A stretch of DNA of 64,000 bases, taken from the NCBI GenBank assembly GCA_038087875.1, contig CM075997.1, forward strand, positions 5,086,001 through 5,150,000, given 5' to 3'. The DNA comes from Malacoraja senta (lineage: Eukaryota). A program made the position numbers and the translations under genes. Below the pieces are notes generated by a model. That model had not been told where the DNA came from and did not search any database. It saw nothing but the letters and a program-made list of their open reading frames with translations. Below are positions 13,551 to 25,765 of the stretch, in pieces (position 1 is the stretch's first letter; each line of letters begins with the position of its first letter).

Positions 13551-14139
13551 CTGAGTTACTCCAGCATTTTGTGTCTATCTTTGAGAAAAGTTTCAGTATG
13601 TTTGAAATAACATTCCTGGTCAAACTAGGGAGAAAAGTGATGCAGTTTTACAGCATGGAAACAGGCCCTTTGGCCCAACTTGCCCCTACCGGCCAACATG
13701 CCCCCATCTATACTAGTCCCACCTGCCAGCGTTTGGCCCATATCCCTCCGAACCTGTCCTATCCATGTACCTGTCTAACTGCTTCTTAAACGTTGGGATA
13801 GTCCCAGCTGCAACTACCTCCTCTGGCAGCTTGTTCCATACACCCACCACCCTCTGTGTGAAAATGTTACCCCTCAGATTCCTATTAAATCTTTTCCCCT
13901 TCACCTTAAAATGGTATTTAAGAATATTTGGTGATTTTTGTATTTGGTGATGGGCGTTTGTATTGTTTTGTATTGCAAATATTATTGATGTAAATAATTG
14001 ATTACATTTATTTTCTGGTTTAAACAAAAGCATATCCTCCTCTGGGAAGTGCACACACAGAGTGGTGGAGTGATACAGTGTGGAAACAGGCCCTTCACCT
14101 TAAACCTGTGTCCTATGCCCACCTTAAACCTGTGCCCTC

Positions 14140-16335
14140 TGGGCGTCCTTGTTCATCACTCACTGAAAGTAAGCATGCAGGTACAGCAGGCAGTGAAGAA
14201 AGCTATCTTCATAACAAGAGTAGTTGAGTATAGGTCCTTCTGCAGTTGTACAGGGCACTAGTGAGACCACACCTGGAGTATTGTGTGCAGTTTTGGTCTC
14301 CAAATTTGAGGAAGGACATTCTTGCTATTGAGGGAGTGCAGCGTAGGTTCACCAGGTTAATTCCCGGGATGGCGGGACTGTCATATGTTGATAGAATGGA
14401 GCGGCTGGGCTTGTACACTCTGGAATTTAGAAGGCTGAGAGTGGATCTTATTGAAACATATAAGATTATTAAGGGTTTGGACGCGCTAGAGGCAGGAAAC
14501 ATGTTCCCGATATTGGGGGAGTCCAGAACCAAGGGCCACAGTTTTAAGAATAAGGAGTAGGCCATTTAGAACGGAGTTGAGGAAAAGCTTTTTCACCCAG
14601 AGAGTTGTGAATCTGTGGAATTCTCTGCCTCAGAAGGCAATGGAGGCCGGTTCTCTGGATGCTTTCAAGAGAGAGTTAGATAGAGCTCTTAAAAATAGCT
14701 CTATCTGGACTGGTATTCTTAGAGCAGGTATGGTTGCAGCTAAAAAATAATATTACTGAATTGGAAGTCCCCACTCTCCCCATGTTTTAAGAGGTGGCTC
14801 AACGAAATATAACCATATAACAACTACAGCACGGAAACAGGCCATCTCGACCCTTCTAGTCCGTGCCGAACACGTATTCTCCCCTAGTCCCATATACCTG
14901 CGCTCAGACCATAACCCTCCATTCCTTTCCCGTCCATATAACTATCCAATTTATTTTTAAATGATAAAATCGAACCTGCCTCCACCACCTTCACTGGAAG
15001 CTCATTCCACACAGCCACCACTCTCTGAGTAAAGAAGTTCCCCCTCATGTTACCCCTAAACTTCTGTCCCTTAATTCTCAAGTCATGTCCCCTTGTTTGA
15101 ATCTTCCCTACTCTCAATGGGAAAAGCTTATCCACGTCAACTCTGTCTATCCCTCTCATCATTTTAAAGACCTCTGTCAAGTCCCCCCTTAACCTTCTGC
15201 GCTCCAAAGAATAAAGCCCTAACTTGTTCAACCTTTCTCTGTAACTTAGTTGCTGAAACCCAGGCAACATTCTAGTAAATCTCCTCTGTACTCTCTCTAT
15301 TTTGTTGACATCCTTCCTATAATTAGGCGACCAAAATTGTACACCATACTCCAGAATTGGCCTCACCAATGCCTTGTACAATTTTAACATTACATCCCAA
15401 CTTCTATACTCAATGCTCTGATTTATAAAAGCCAGCACACCAAAAGCTTTCTTTACCACCCTATCTACATGAGATTCCACTTTCAGGGAACTGTGCACAG
15501 TTATTCCAAGATCCCTCTGTTCACCTGCATTCTTCAATTCCCTACCATTTACCATGTACGTCCTATTTTGATTTGTCCTGCCAAGATGTAGCACCTCACA
15601 CTTATCAGCATTAAACTCCATCTGCCATGTTTCAGCCCACTCTTCCAACCGGCATAAATCTCTCTGTAGACTTTGAAAATCTACTTCATTATCCACAGCA
15701 CCACCTATCTTAGTATCATCTGCATACTTACTAATCCAATTTACCACACCATCATCCAGATCATTGATGTACATGACAAACAAATGCTTTCTATTGCTAA
15801 GATGGAACAGATTCGTTTTAACAAAGGGAATTTACAAAATTATTTTTTGAAGGTGTGGAAACCATTTTTGATTTTGCTTGAAGAGGCATAATTGTCTGAT
15901 CTGTTTATTTTGCTGCTGTGCTATGTCTTTAATTGAGCGAACTTTGATCTTGCACTCTGATTGATATTCTGGCTGCCCCCACTCGTGGTTTTTGTTTTTT
16001 GTTTTTTTGTTGTTTTGTTTTTTGTTTTGTTTCGTTTCTTTAATTGGTGTTTTTTGTTTTCTGTCTATTGTGTGTTCGTTATGAAAAAAATAAATGAAGC
16101 TGTACAATAATTGTATAATGGTAGATGCCGAGCGATTTATCCTTGTACAATTGCTCCCAATAAAAATAAATTAATTTTTAAAAAATGTTATTAAATAGCG
16201 GAGTCAAGGGATATGGGGAGAAGGCAGGAACGGGGTACTGATTGGGGATGATCAGCCATGATCCCAGTGAATGGCGGTGCTGGCTCGAAGGGCCGAATGG
16301 CCTCCTCCTGCACCTATTGTCTATTGTCTATTGTC
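14140..16335 (+). mobile_element. CR1-type LINE 3' fragment interrupted by an L1 fragment (14700-16192)
   Basis: ORF 14246..14560 LVRPHLEYCVQFWSP; CR1 resumes at 16193 after a duplicated AAATAGC; (CTATTGT)n tail. Confidence 0.85.
14809..15781 (-). mobile_element. 5'-truncated CR1-type LINE with an uninterrupted 299-aa RT C-terminal ORF
   Basis: KYADDTK RT motif, RDLG, LVRPILEY, ERRRLRGDL; flanked by AAAT on both sides. Confidence 0.93.
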
Positions 16336-17433
16336 AAGGACTGCTGTGCTGCGCTGGGTTTATGGTGTGTGTGGTTTAAAGTGTTTAAATCTTTCCCCCC
16401 TCATCTTAAACCAATGTCCTCTAGTTCTCGATTCCCCTCCTCTGGGAAAGAGACTGTGTGCGTCTAGAATTAAAGTCTGCTTAAATACACTTTGAACCTT
16501 TTCACTGTACCTTGGTACGCGTGACAATAAATTAAAAAAACTGTGTGTGCTCGCGGGGACTTTTAAAGTTCCACCTCAGCAGGAAGCAGATATTCTTATC
16601 CACCGCTCCGTGACCTCGAATCAGCTTTTGTGCCTCACTCAAATACCTCCCCCTGGCAGTTCGTTCAATTCACACCTCACTCTTTGTGTGAAAAAGTTAC
16701 CCCACGGGTAACTTCATTATTATCCAATGAATCACCCCACCACAACCAGAGAGCAGTCCTGAACTACTATCTACCTCATTGGTGACCCTCGGACTATCCT
16801 TGACCAGACTTTGCTGGCTTTACCTTGCACTAAACGTTATTCCCTCATCATGTATCTATACACTGTAAATGGCTCGATTGTAATCATGTATTGTCTTTCC
16901 GCTGACTGGTTAGCACGCAACAAAAGCTTTTCACTGTACCTCGGTACACGTGACGATAAACTAAACTAATTCAATCTTTCCCTCCTCACCTTAAACCTAT
17001 GTCCAATGGTTCTCGATTCCCCTACTCTGGGCAAGAGACTCTGTGCCCCTAAAGTTAAAGTTTGCTTAAAAATAATTTAAACCTTTCTCTTTGGTTTGAA
17101 CAGGAATGTTCTATAAAGTACTTTGAACTTCCCTCTCTGGTTTGAACAGAACGTTACATCAAAAAGGGGGCAGAGAGAAGAGAGAATCCCACTTATCTAT
17201 CCCACCTGCCCTTTCATTCATACATAGAGTGCTGGAGTAACTCAGTGGGACAGGCAGCATCTCTGGAGAACATGGATAAGAGACGTGTCCGGTCAGGACA
17301 CTTCCTCAGTCTGAAGATGGATCCCGACCTGAAACTTCTTCTATCCATGTCCTCCAGAGATGCTGCCTGACCCGCTGAGTTACTCCAGCACTTTGTGTTC
17401 TCCTCAAGATTCCAGCACCTGCAATTCTTTCTT

Positions 17434-17741
17434 TTAGTTTTATAGTTTAGAGATACAGCTCAGAAACAGGCCCTTCGGCCCACCGAGTCCGCGCCGACCA
17501 GTGATCCCCGCACATTAACACTATCCTACACACACTAGGGACAGTTTATAATCACACCAAGCCAATTAACCTACAAACCTGTACGTCTTTGGAGTGTGGG
17601 AGGAAATAAGACATCACAGAGAAAACCCGCGCAGGTCACAGGGAGAACGTACAAACTCCGTACAGACAGCACCCGTAGTCAGGATCAATCCCAGGTCTCT
17701 GGCGCTGTGAGGCAGCAACTCTACCGCTGTTGCCACCGTGC
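17434..17741 (-). mobile_element. HE1-like V-SINE, near full length
   Basis: tRNA-like head with A/B boxes, conserved core GGAGTTTGTACGTTCTCCC, CR1-like tail ending (TAAAC)n. Confidence 0.85.
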
Positions 17742-19240
17742 CTTTTATCAGAGTCATGCAGTCAATCAGCACAGAATCAGGCCCTTCGGCCCAACTTGTC
17801 CATGCCGACCATGATGCCCCATCTACACTAGCCCCACCTGATGAGTTTGGCCCACATCCCTCTCGACCTTTCCCATCCATGAACCTGTTCCAATCTCTGT
17901 TCAATGTTGTAGTCCCAGCCTCAACTACCTCCTCTGGCAGCTTGTCCCACACACCCACCACCCTTTGTGTGAAAAAGCCACCCCTCAGGTTCCTTGGTTT
18001 ATACCTCATTCCCTCCCACGTCTCACAGTGGTGCAGCGGGTAGAGCTGCTGTCTCACAGCGCCAGAGACCCAGGTTCGATCCTGACCTCAGGTGCTGTCT
18101 GTGTGGAGTTTGCACGTTCTCCCCATGACCTGCATGGGTTTTCTCCGGGTGATCCGGTTTTCTCCCACATCCCAAAGACGTGCGGGTTTGCAGGTTAATT
18201 GGCCCTCTGTACACTGCCCCTAGTGTGTAGGGAGTGGGTGTGAAAGTAGGACTAGTGAACTGCAACTGGTGTGAACGGGTGATAGAACGGGCGTTGACTT
18301 GGTGGGCCGGAGCGTCTGTTTCCATGCTGCATCTTACGATTATTCATCATCTCCTATTCCTCCCAGGCTCAAAGAATGAGGACACAAGGAACTGCAGATG
18401 CTGGAATATTGAGAGAAACACAAAGTGCTGGAGGAACTCAGCGGGTCAGGCAGCATCTGTGGAGGGAACGGCCAGGTGACGTATCGGGTCGGGAAGATCA
18501 ATCTGAAGAAGGATCCCGACCCGGAAGCATCATCTGTCCATTTCCTCCACGGATGCTGCCTGACCCGCTGAGTTCCTCCGACACTCCGTTTTCTAGTTTA
18601 GTTTAGAGATACAGCGCGGAAACACCGAGTCCGCACCGACCAGCGATCCCCGCACACTAACACTATCCTACACACACTAGGGACAATTTACACATACACC
18701 AAGCCAAGTAACCTACAGACATGTTCGTCTTTGGAGTGTGGGAGGAAACGAATGTCTCGGAGAAAACTCACGCAGGTCACGGGGAGAACGTACAAACTCC
18801 GTACAGACAGCACCTGTATTCGGGATGGAACCCGGATCTCCGGTGCTGTGAGGCAGCAACTCTACCGCTGCGCCACCGTGCCGCATTTTAGTTGTGTTTA
18901 CTTTAGTTTAGTTTATTGTGGTATTCTTCATAAAAAATAATCCAAGTCTTAACCCATAATTCAAGTGAGTTTTGGGTTATTTTTTAAGCGTCACATCTCT
19001 CGGTTCCGTCCCCCTGAGTGTTTGGAGAGGGAGGAAGGGAGGAGGGGAGGCAGCCAGCAATGACGGGGCTAGTAGACAACTGATGGGCCGAGTGGCCACC
19101 CCGCTATTATCCCTGGTAGACAAAATTGCTGGAGAAACTCAGCGGGTGCGGCAGCATCTATGGAGCGAAGGAAATAGGCAACGTTTCGAGTCGAGACCCT
19201 TCTTCAGGTATGCCGGCTATTATCCTTGACCTGTGGCCAC

Positions 19241-19303
19241 CTATCGAGATGCTTCAGGGGAGAAGCCATGTCAACAGCGCGTGAGGATCTGCCACCTGGT
19301 GAG
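19241..19303 (+). CDS. RASGRP4: RASGRP exon ([21 protein letters not shown])
   Basis: 63 nt, AC acceptor, GTAGGC donor, phase 2-2. Confidence 0.9.
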
Positions 19304-19607
19304 GTAGGCCCACCGTGCGTGGGGACAGAGGGTGGGGCGGGGGGAGAGATGGGGCCATGTTGGTCCCAGAGACGCTGGCCTGACCTATCGCTGGCTCAAC
19401 CCCCCCACCCACACCCTCACCCCCAACCCCCGGGGAGGGGCTCTGTGGGTGGGCTGGGCCCCAGGACGGTGGGGCTGCTCCTCCTGCCCACCGCCCACTG
19501 CGGTGAAAACCCCGGGAACCGGGAACGGGATCCGGACACACATCCAGGGAGGCAACAAATTGGAGAGCGGACCAGTGGAGATGGTCGACAGCTGACGGGG
19601 GGAGGCT

Positions 19608-20320
19608 GGCATTGGGCAATAGGCATTGGGTATTGGGTATTGGTCATTGGTCATTGGGTATTGGGTAATGGCCATTGGCCATTGGTCATTGGGTATTGGC
19701 CATTGGTCATTGATCATTGGTCTATGGTCAGTGGTCATTGGTCATTGGGCATTGGTCATTGGGTATTGGGCATTGGTCTTTGGGCATTGGTCATTGGGTA
19801 TTGGTCATTGGTCATTGGTCATTGGGTATTGGGTATTGGGCATTGGTCTTTGGGCATTGGTCATTGGGTATTGGTCATTGGTCATTGGTCATTGGGTATT
19901 GGTCATTGGATATTGGATATTGGTCTTTGGGCATTGGTCATTGGGTATTGGTCATTGGTCATTGGGTATTGGGTATTGGTCATTGGGTATTGGGTAATGG
20001 CCATTGGCCATTGGTCTATGGTCAGTGATCATTGGTCATTGGGCATTGGTCATTGGGTATTGGGCATTGGTCTTTGGGCATTGGTCATTGGGTATTGGTC
20101 ATTGGTCATTGGTCATTGGGCATTGGTCATTGGGTATTGGGTATTGGTCATTGGCCATTGGGTATTGGTCATTGGCCATTGGGTATTGGTCATTGGGTAT
20201 TGGTCTTTGGGCATTGGTCATTGGATATTGGTCATTGGGTATTGGTCAATAGACACTTTACACTAGGAACTGCTCACTGGACACTGGGGAACTGATCACT
20301 GGTCACTGGTCACTGGTCAC
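19608..20320. repeat. 7-bp minisatellite (ATTGGTC/ATTGGGT/ATTGGGC)n
   Basis: Directly visible; decays to (CACTGGT)n at the right end. Confidence 0.95.
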
Positions 20321-20500
20321 TTAGACGGGACGTGGTGCCACTGTGTGTGAGGGAGGGAGGGGACCTGACGGCGCTAGGTGATGGGGGTGAGGGTGGGGAT
20401 GCCCAGGGTTCTACCGGAGGGGGAGGGGATGTGTCACCGTGCTGTGTGCCAGTGAGGGAGGGGATGTCTCACGCCGTGTGTGTGTGTGTGTGTGCCGCAG

Positions 20501-20632
20501 GTACTGGATTGCCCTCTATCCGGTGGTGTTCACGGTGGATTCGGAGCTGGAGGCGGTGATGTCACAGCTGTGGGAGGTGGTGCGGAGCGAGGGCGAGGAG
20601 GCACACTGCAGCCTCATCGACACCTCCAACAT
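20501..20632 (+). CDS. RASGRP4: RASGRP exon (YWIALYPVVFTVDSELEAVMSQLWEVVRSEGEEAHCSLIDTSNI)
   Basis: 132 nt, ccgcAG acceptor, GTGAGA donor; ORF 20439..20636. Confidence 0.92.
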
Positions 20633-21524
20633 GTGAGAGCAGCGACTGGGGGGCGGGCGCGGGGGGTGGGTGCCTTATGATGGGGTGGGTGATGGCACGG
20701 TGGAGTGGGAGCCCGACAGGGTGAGTGGTTGCCTGGAGCGAGGGGTGGATACTGTGTGGCCATGAGGTGGGGTAAGTGATGGCACAGTGGTATGGGTGCC
20801 CTGAGGTTGGGCGGGTGCTTGGCGCAGGGGGTGGTTGTCGTGTGGCCATGGGGTGGCACCAGCGGGCAGCCCGGACCCACGGGGTGGTAGAGGGGGCTTC
20901 ACCGCTGGAGGTGATGGCTTGTTCACCGCAGGTTGGGCCCAGGTTAAAGTCCGGCACAGAATGATACATAGAGCGGTCCTGCACAGTGCAAACCTCAATA
21001 CAGACAGCACCCATAGTCAGCATCGAACCCGGGTATCTGGCGCTGTGAGGCAGCAACTCTACCGCTGCGCCACCGTGCCGCCCACCTTTAATATATATAT
21101 AAGATTTAATATCAACCTGCAGGGCAATTCTTTCACTCACAGAGTGGTGGATGTATGGATCGAGCTGCCAGAGCAGGTGGTTGAGGCAGGTACAATATCA
21201 CATGTACAAGACACCTGGACAGGTACATGGATAGGGAAGGTTTAGAGGGATATATGGGCCAAACGCGGGCAAATGGGACTGACTTAGATGGGGCATCTTG
21301 AGCAGCATGGACGAGTTGGGTCGAAAGGCCTGTTTCCGTGCTGTATGGCTCAATCACTATTTTTCTTTCAGTTATTATGTTGTCTATGAGCGTTGTGTTT
21401 ACAGGCCTGTCATGTTGTGGGAATTAATTTCATTGATCCGTAGTCGGATTCCACGACTCCGGGCAAGAGACTCTGTGCGTCTGTCAACCCGGATAGGAAG
21501 GAACTGCAGATGCTGGTTTCAAAC

Positions 21525-21721
21525 GAAGGTAGACACAAAACGCTGGAGTAACTCAGCGGGACAGGCCGCATCTCTAGAGAGAAGGAATGGGCGACATCTC
21601 GGGCCGGGGCCCTTCTTCAGACTGAAGAATGGTCTCATACTGAAACGTCACCCATCCGTTCCTTCTCTCCAGAGATGCTGCCTGTCCCACTGAGACGCTC
21701 CAGCGCTTTGCGTCTACCTTC
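21525..21721. mobile_element. Palindromic element made of inverted Penelope-like termini
   Basis: Arms GCTGGAGTAACTCAGCGGGACAGG..ATCTCT..GAGAAGGAA and the reverse complement, around CTTCAG-A-CTGAAG at 21621. Confidence 0.75.
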
Positions 21722-21824
21722 TGAGCGTCTACCCAATCGTTTCCTCTCTTGAATACTCTTGACGTGACCGGGATCTCTTGCCCTGACGTTCTCTCTCCCC
21801 TCCCCCCCCCCGATACTTTGGCAG

Positions 21825-21978
21825 TCACATGCAGGAGTGGACACGCAAATACACGCTTCACGGGACGCCCACCAACAACAAGAAACGCAAGGTCTCTCTG
21901 CTGTTCGATCACCTGGATCCCACGGAGCTGGCCGAGCACCTCACCTACCTGGAGTTCAAATGCTTCTGCCGTCTCTCG
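21825..21978 (+). CDS. RASGRP4: RASGRP exon ([10 protein letters not shown]...[33 protein letters not shown])
   Basis: 154 nt, ggcAG acceptor, GTAAGA donor; hallmark RASGRP motif. Confidence 0.95.
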
Positions 21979-24726
21979 GTAAGATTCCCGTCCCTTCACA
22001 ACTCCTTGTATTCAGTTAAGGGCCTGTCCCACTTGGGCGTCATTCGTACATCCCAAAATCCTGGAGTGCCGCGCACAACCGCGCGTCACTGCCTACATCA
22101 CCACGCACCATGCGCGCGGCACGTAAATGATGTCGCTTTAATCACTGTTCCAGCACACTGCAACCATCACAACTGACCTGCAGTTGACAAAACATCAATC
22201 AGTCATCAGATTAGTTTAGGAAGGAACTGCAGATGTTGGTTTTTAACCGAAGATAGGCACAAAATGCTGGAGTAACTCAGCGGGACAGGCAGCATCTCTG
22301 GAGAGAAAGAATGGATGACGTTTCGGGTTGAGACCCTTCTTCAGTATGAGAGTCAGGGGAAAGGGAAATGAGAGATACAGTCGTTGATGTAGAGATATAT
22401 AGAATAAATGAATGAAAGATATGCAAAAAAGTAATGATGATAAAGGAAACAGGGCATTGTTAGCTGTGGGCTAGGTGAAAATGAGTTACAGACAATGAAG
22501 ATGTCTACAAACAAGATGACTTTGAAGCTATGACAACAACTTGGATGAGGGAGGGACGCAGAGAGGGGGGGGATACAATGGTTAGTTGAAGTTAGAGAAA
22601 TCAATATTCAAAATGACTGCACGGTGACGCAGCGGTAGAGTTGCTACCTCACAGCGCCAGAGACCCGGGTTCCATCCTGACTATGGGTGCTGTCGGTGTG
22701 GAGTTTGTACGTTCTCCCCGTGAGATTTATAGCACGGACACAGGCCCCTCGGCCCACTGAGTTCACGGCGACCAGCGATCCCCGTACACCAGCACTATCC
22801 TACACACACACTAGGAACAATTTACAATCTTTTCCAAAGCCAATTAACCTACAAACCTGTATGTCTTTGGAGTGTGGGTGGAAACCGGAGCACCCGGAGA
22901 AAACCCACATGGTCACGGGGAGAATGTACAAACTCCGTACAGGCAGCACCCGTAGTCAGGATCGAACCCGGGTCTCTGGCGCTGTGAGGCAGCAACTCTA
23001 CCGCTGCGTCACCGTGCCACCAGCGAGGTTGGTCCTCAACGGACCCATCCTATTGGTGGGAGGTTTGTCAACCATAGAACAGTACAGCACAGGAACAGGC
23101 CCTTCGGCCCACAATGTCCCTGCCAGCCATGATGACGAGTTATACTACTCTCTGCCTGCATGTGATCCGTATCCCACCATTCCCTGCATATCCATGTGCC
23201 TATCTAAAAGTCTCTTAAACACCACTATCGTATCTGCCTCCACCACCACCCCTGGCAGCGCGTTCCAGGCACCCACCACCCTCTGTGTAGAAAACTGCCC
23301 CGCACATCTCCTTTAAACTTTGCCCCTCTCACTTTAAAGCTGTGCCCTCTAGTCATTGACTTTTCAACCCTGGTAGAAAGGTTCTGACCATCTAGCCTAT
23401 TTATGCCTCTCATCATTCAATATCAGCTCTCCCCCTCAACCTGCAACATTCCAGAGAAAACAATCCAAGTCTATCCAACCGCTCCCTGGAAATCAGGCAA
23501 CATTCTAGTAAACACCCTCTCCACCCACTCCAAAGCCCTCATAAGGTCATAAGTGATAGGGGAAAAATTAGGCCATTCGCCCCATCACATCTACTCCGCC
23601 GTTCAATCATGGCTGATCTATCCCTCCCTCCTAACCCCATTCTCCTGCCTTCTCCCCGTAACCTCTGACACCCGTACTGATCAAGAATCTGTCTATCTCC
23701 ACATCCTTCTTGTAATGGGTCAACCAGAATGAAGGAATAAATGGATGAATAAATGATACGTAATTGTTCCATGTGACAAGTCACACGGACATTCTTTGTT
23801 TGCAAACCTGAGGTATGCAAAGAGTCGCTACATAAAGGGCGCCAACAACGTTACATAGTTTCCCACTCTGGGTCCTCCTTTGTTCTCCCCACCCCCTTCT
23901 CTGGAAGGTCCCCCCACTGCATGTCATGTTCCAAATGAGGCCTAACCAAAGCCCTGCAGAGCTGCACCGTGACTTGTTACCTTTATGCAGAGAGCTACCG
24001 TGTAAGGATCCCCCTTTGGCTCTGGAGAGTGTGGGTGCATCAGGAAGTTGCGATGGGAAAGTTGTGGAGGCCAAGTCAATGGATATAATGTTAAGGCAGG
24101 GATAGCTTGATTCTTGATTAGTACGGGTGTCAGGGGTTACAAGGGGAGAAGGCAGGAGAATGTGGTTGGGAGGGAGAGGCAGATCAGCCATGATTGAATG
24201 GCGGAGTAGACGGGTGGCACGGTGGTGCAGCGGTACAGTTGCTGCCTCACAGCGCCAGAGACCTGGGTTCGATCCTGACTACAGGTGCTGTCTGTACGGA
24301 GTTTGTACGTTCTCCCCGTGACCCGCGTGAGTTTTCTCCGAGATCTTCTGTTTCCTCCCACACTCCAAAGACGTACAGGTTTGTAGGTTAATTGACCTGG
24401 TATAAATAGAAAACTGTCCTGAGTGTGTGTGGGGTGGTGTTAGTGTGCGGGGATCGCTGGGCGGCGCAGACTTTATGGGCCGAAGAGCCTGTTTCCGCGC
24501 TGTATCACTAAACTAAACTATTAAAATTCAATGAGTCATCAGATTAGTTTACACAAGAAGCTGGAGTAACTCAGCGGGTCAGACAGCATCTCTGAGTTAC
24601 TCCAGCTTTTTGTGTCTATCTTTGGTGTAAACCAGCATCTGCAGTTCCTTCCTACATATCGGGTTAGATTTGTTTAGTTTGAACATGGTCCAGGGCACCT
24701 TGTAACCACCTGTGTTCTGTTGCACT

Positions 24727-25710
24727 ACCTGGAGTATTGTGTGCAGTTTTGGTCCCCCAATTTGAGGAAGGACATTCTTGCTATTGAGGGAGTGCAGCGT
24801 AGGTTTACACCAAAGGGTGGTGAAAATTGCCCAACGCATCACCGGTTCCTCACTCCCCACCATTGAGTCTGTCCAAAGCAAGCGTTGTCTGCGAAGGGCG
24901 CTCAGCATCGCCAAGGACTGCTCTCACCCCAACCACAGACTGTTTACCCTCCTACCATCCGGGAGGCGCTACAGGTCTCTCCGTTGCCGGACCAGCAGGT
25001 CCAGGAACAGCTTCTTCCCTGCGGCGGTTACACTACTCAACACTGTACCTCGGTGACTGCCAATCACACCCCCCCCCCCGGACACTCCTCCCACCAGGAT
25101 TTATTAGATTAGATTTATTTATTTACTGCTCATATTTATGTCGCTCTTCTAGGGAGATGCTAACTGCATTTCGTTGTCTCTGTACTGTACACTGCACAAT
25201 GACAATAAAGTTGAATCTGAATCTGAATCTGAATCTTAAATCCCGGGATGGCGGGACTGTCATATGCTGAGAGAATGGAGCAGCTGGGCTTGTACACTCT
25301 GGAGTTTAGAAGGATGAGAGGGAATCTCATTGAAACATATAAGATCGTTAAGGGTTTGGACACACTAGAGGCAGGAAACATGTTCCCGATGTTGGGGGAG
25401 TCCAGAACCAGGGGCCACACTTTAAGAATAAGGGGTAAGCCATTTAGAACAGAGACGAGGAAACACTTTTTCTCACAGAGAGTGGTGAGTCTGTGGAATT
25501 CTCTGCCTCAGAGGGCGGTGGAGGCCGGTTCTCTGGATGCTTTTAAGAGAGAGCTAGATAGGGCTCTTAAAGATAGCGGAGTCAGGGAATATGGGGATAA
25601 GGCAGGAACGGGGTACTGATTGGGGATGATCAGCCATGATCACATTGAATGGTGGCGCTGGCTTGAAGGGCTAAATGGCCTACTCCTGCACCTATTGTCT
25701 ATTGTCTATT
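24727..25710 (+). mobile_element. CR1-type LINE 3' fragment with a nested Rex1-like insertion (about 24809-25236)
   Basis: CR1 ORF 25248..25619; nested HPNHRLFTLLPSGRRYRSLRCRTSRSRNSFFP with a (GAATCT)n tail. Confidence 0.85.
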
Positions 25711-25765
25711 GACTACAGGAGTTAGATGTCCAGGCCATCTTGTAACTACCTGTGCTCTGTTGCAG

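Larger units (their letters stand above)
10652..19240 (+). other. U12-type (minor spliceosome) AT-AC intron, 8589 bp
   Basis: 5' site ATATCCTTT at 10652, branch site TATCCTTGAC at 19221-19230, terminal AC at 19239-19240; removing it restores the RASGRP reading frame. Confidence 0.93.

Noticed and set aside
14884..15783. 299-aa ORF as a host or domesticated gene
   Set aside because: A 5'-truncated CR1 reverse transcriptase fragment with a LINE tail and TSD, lacking the endonuclease and N-terminal RT motifs.
19226..20266. 346-aa ORF rich in IGHW/VIGYW
   Set aside because: Product of the heptamer minisatellite, and in a different frame from the true 63-nt exon.
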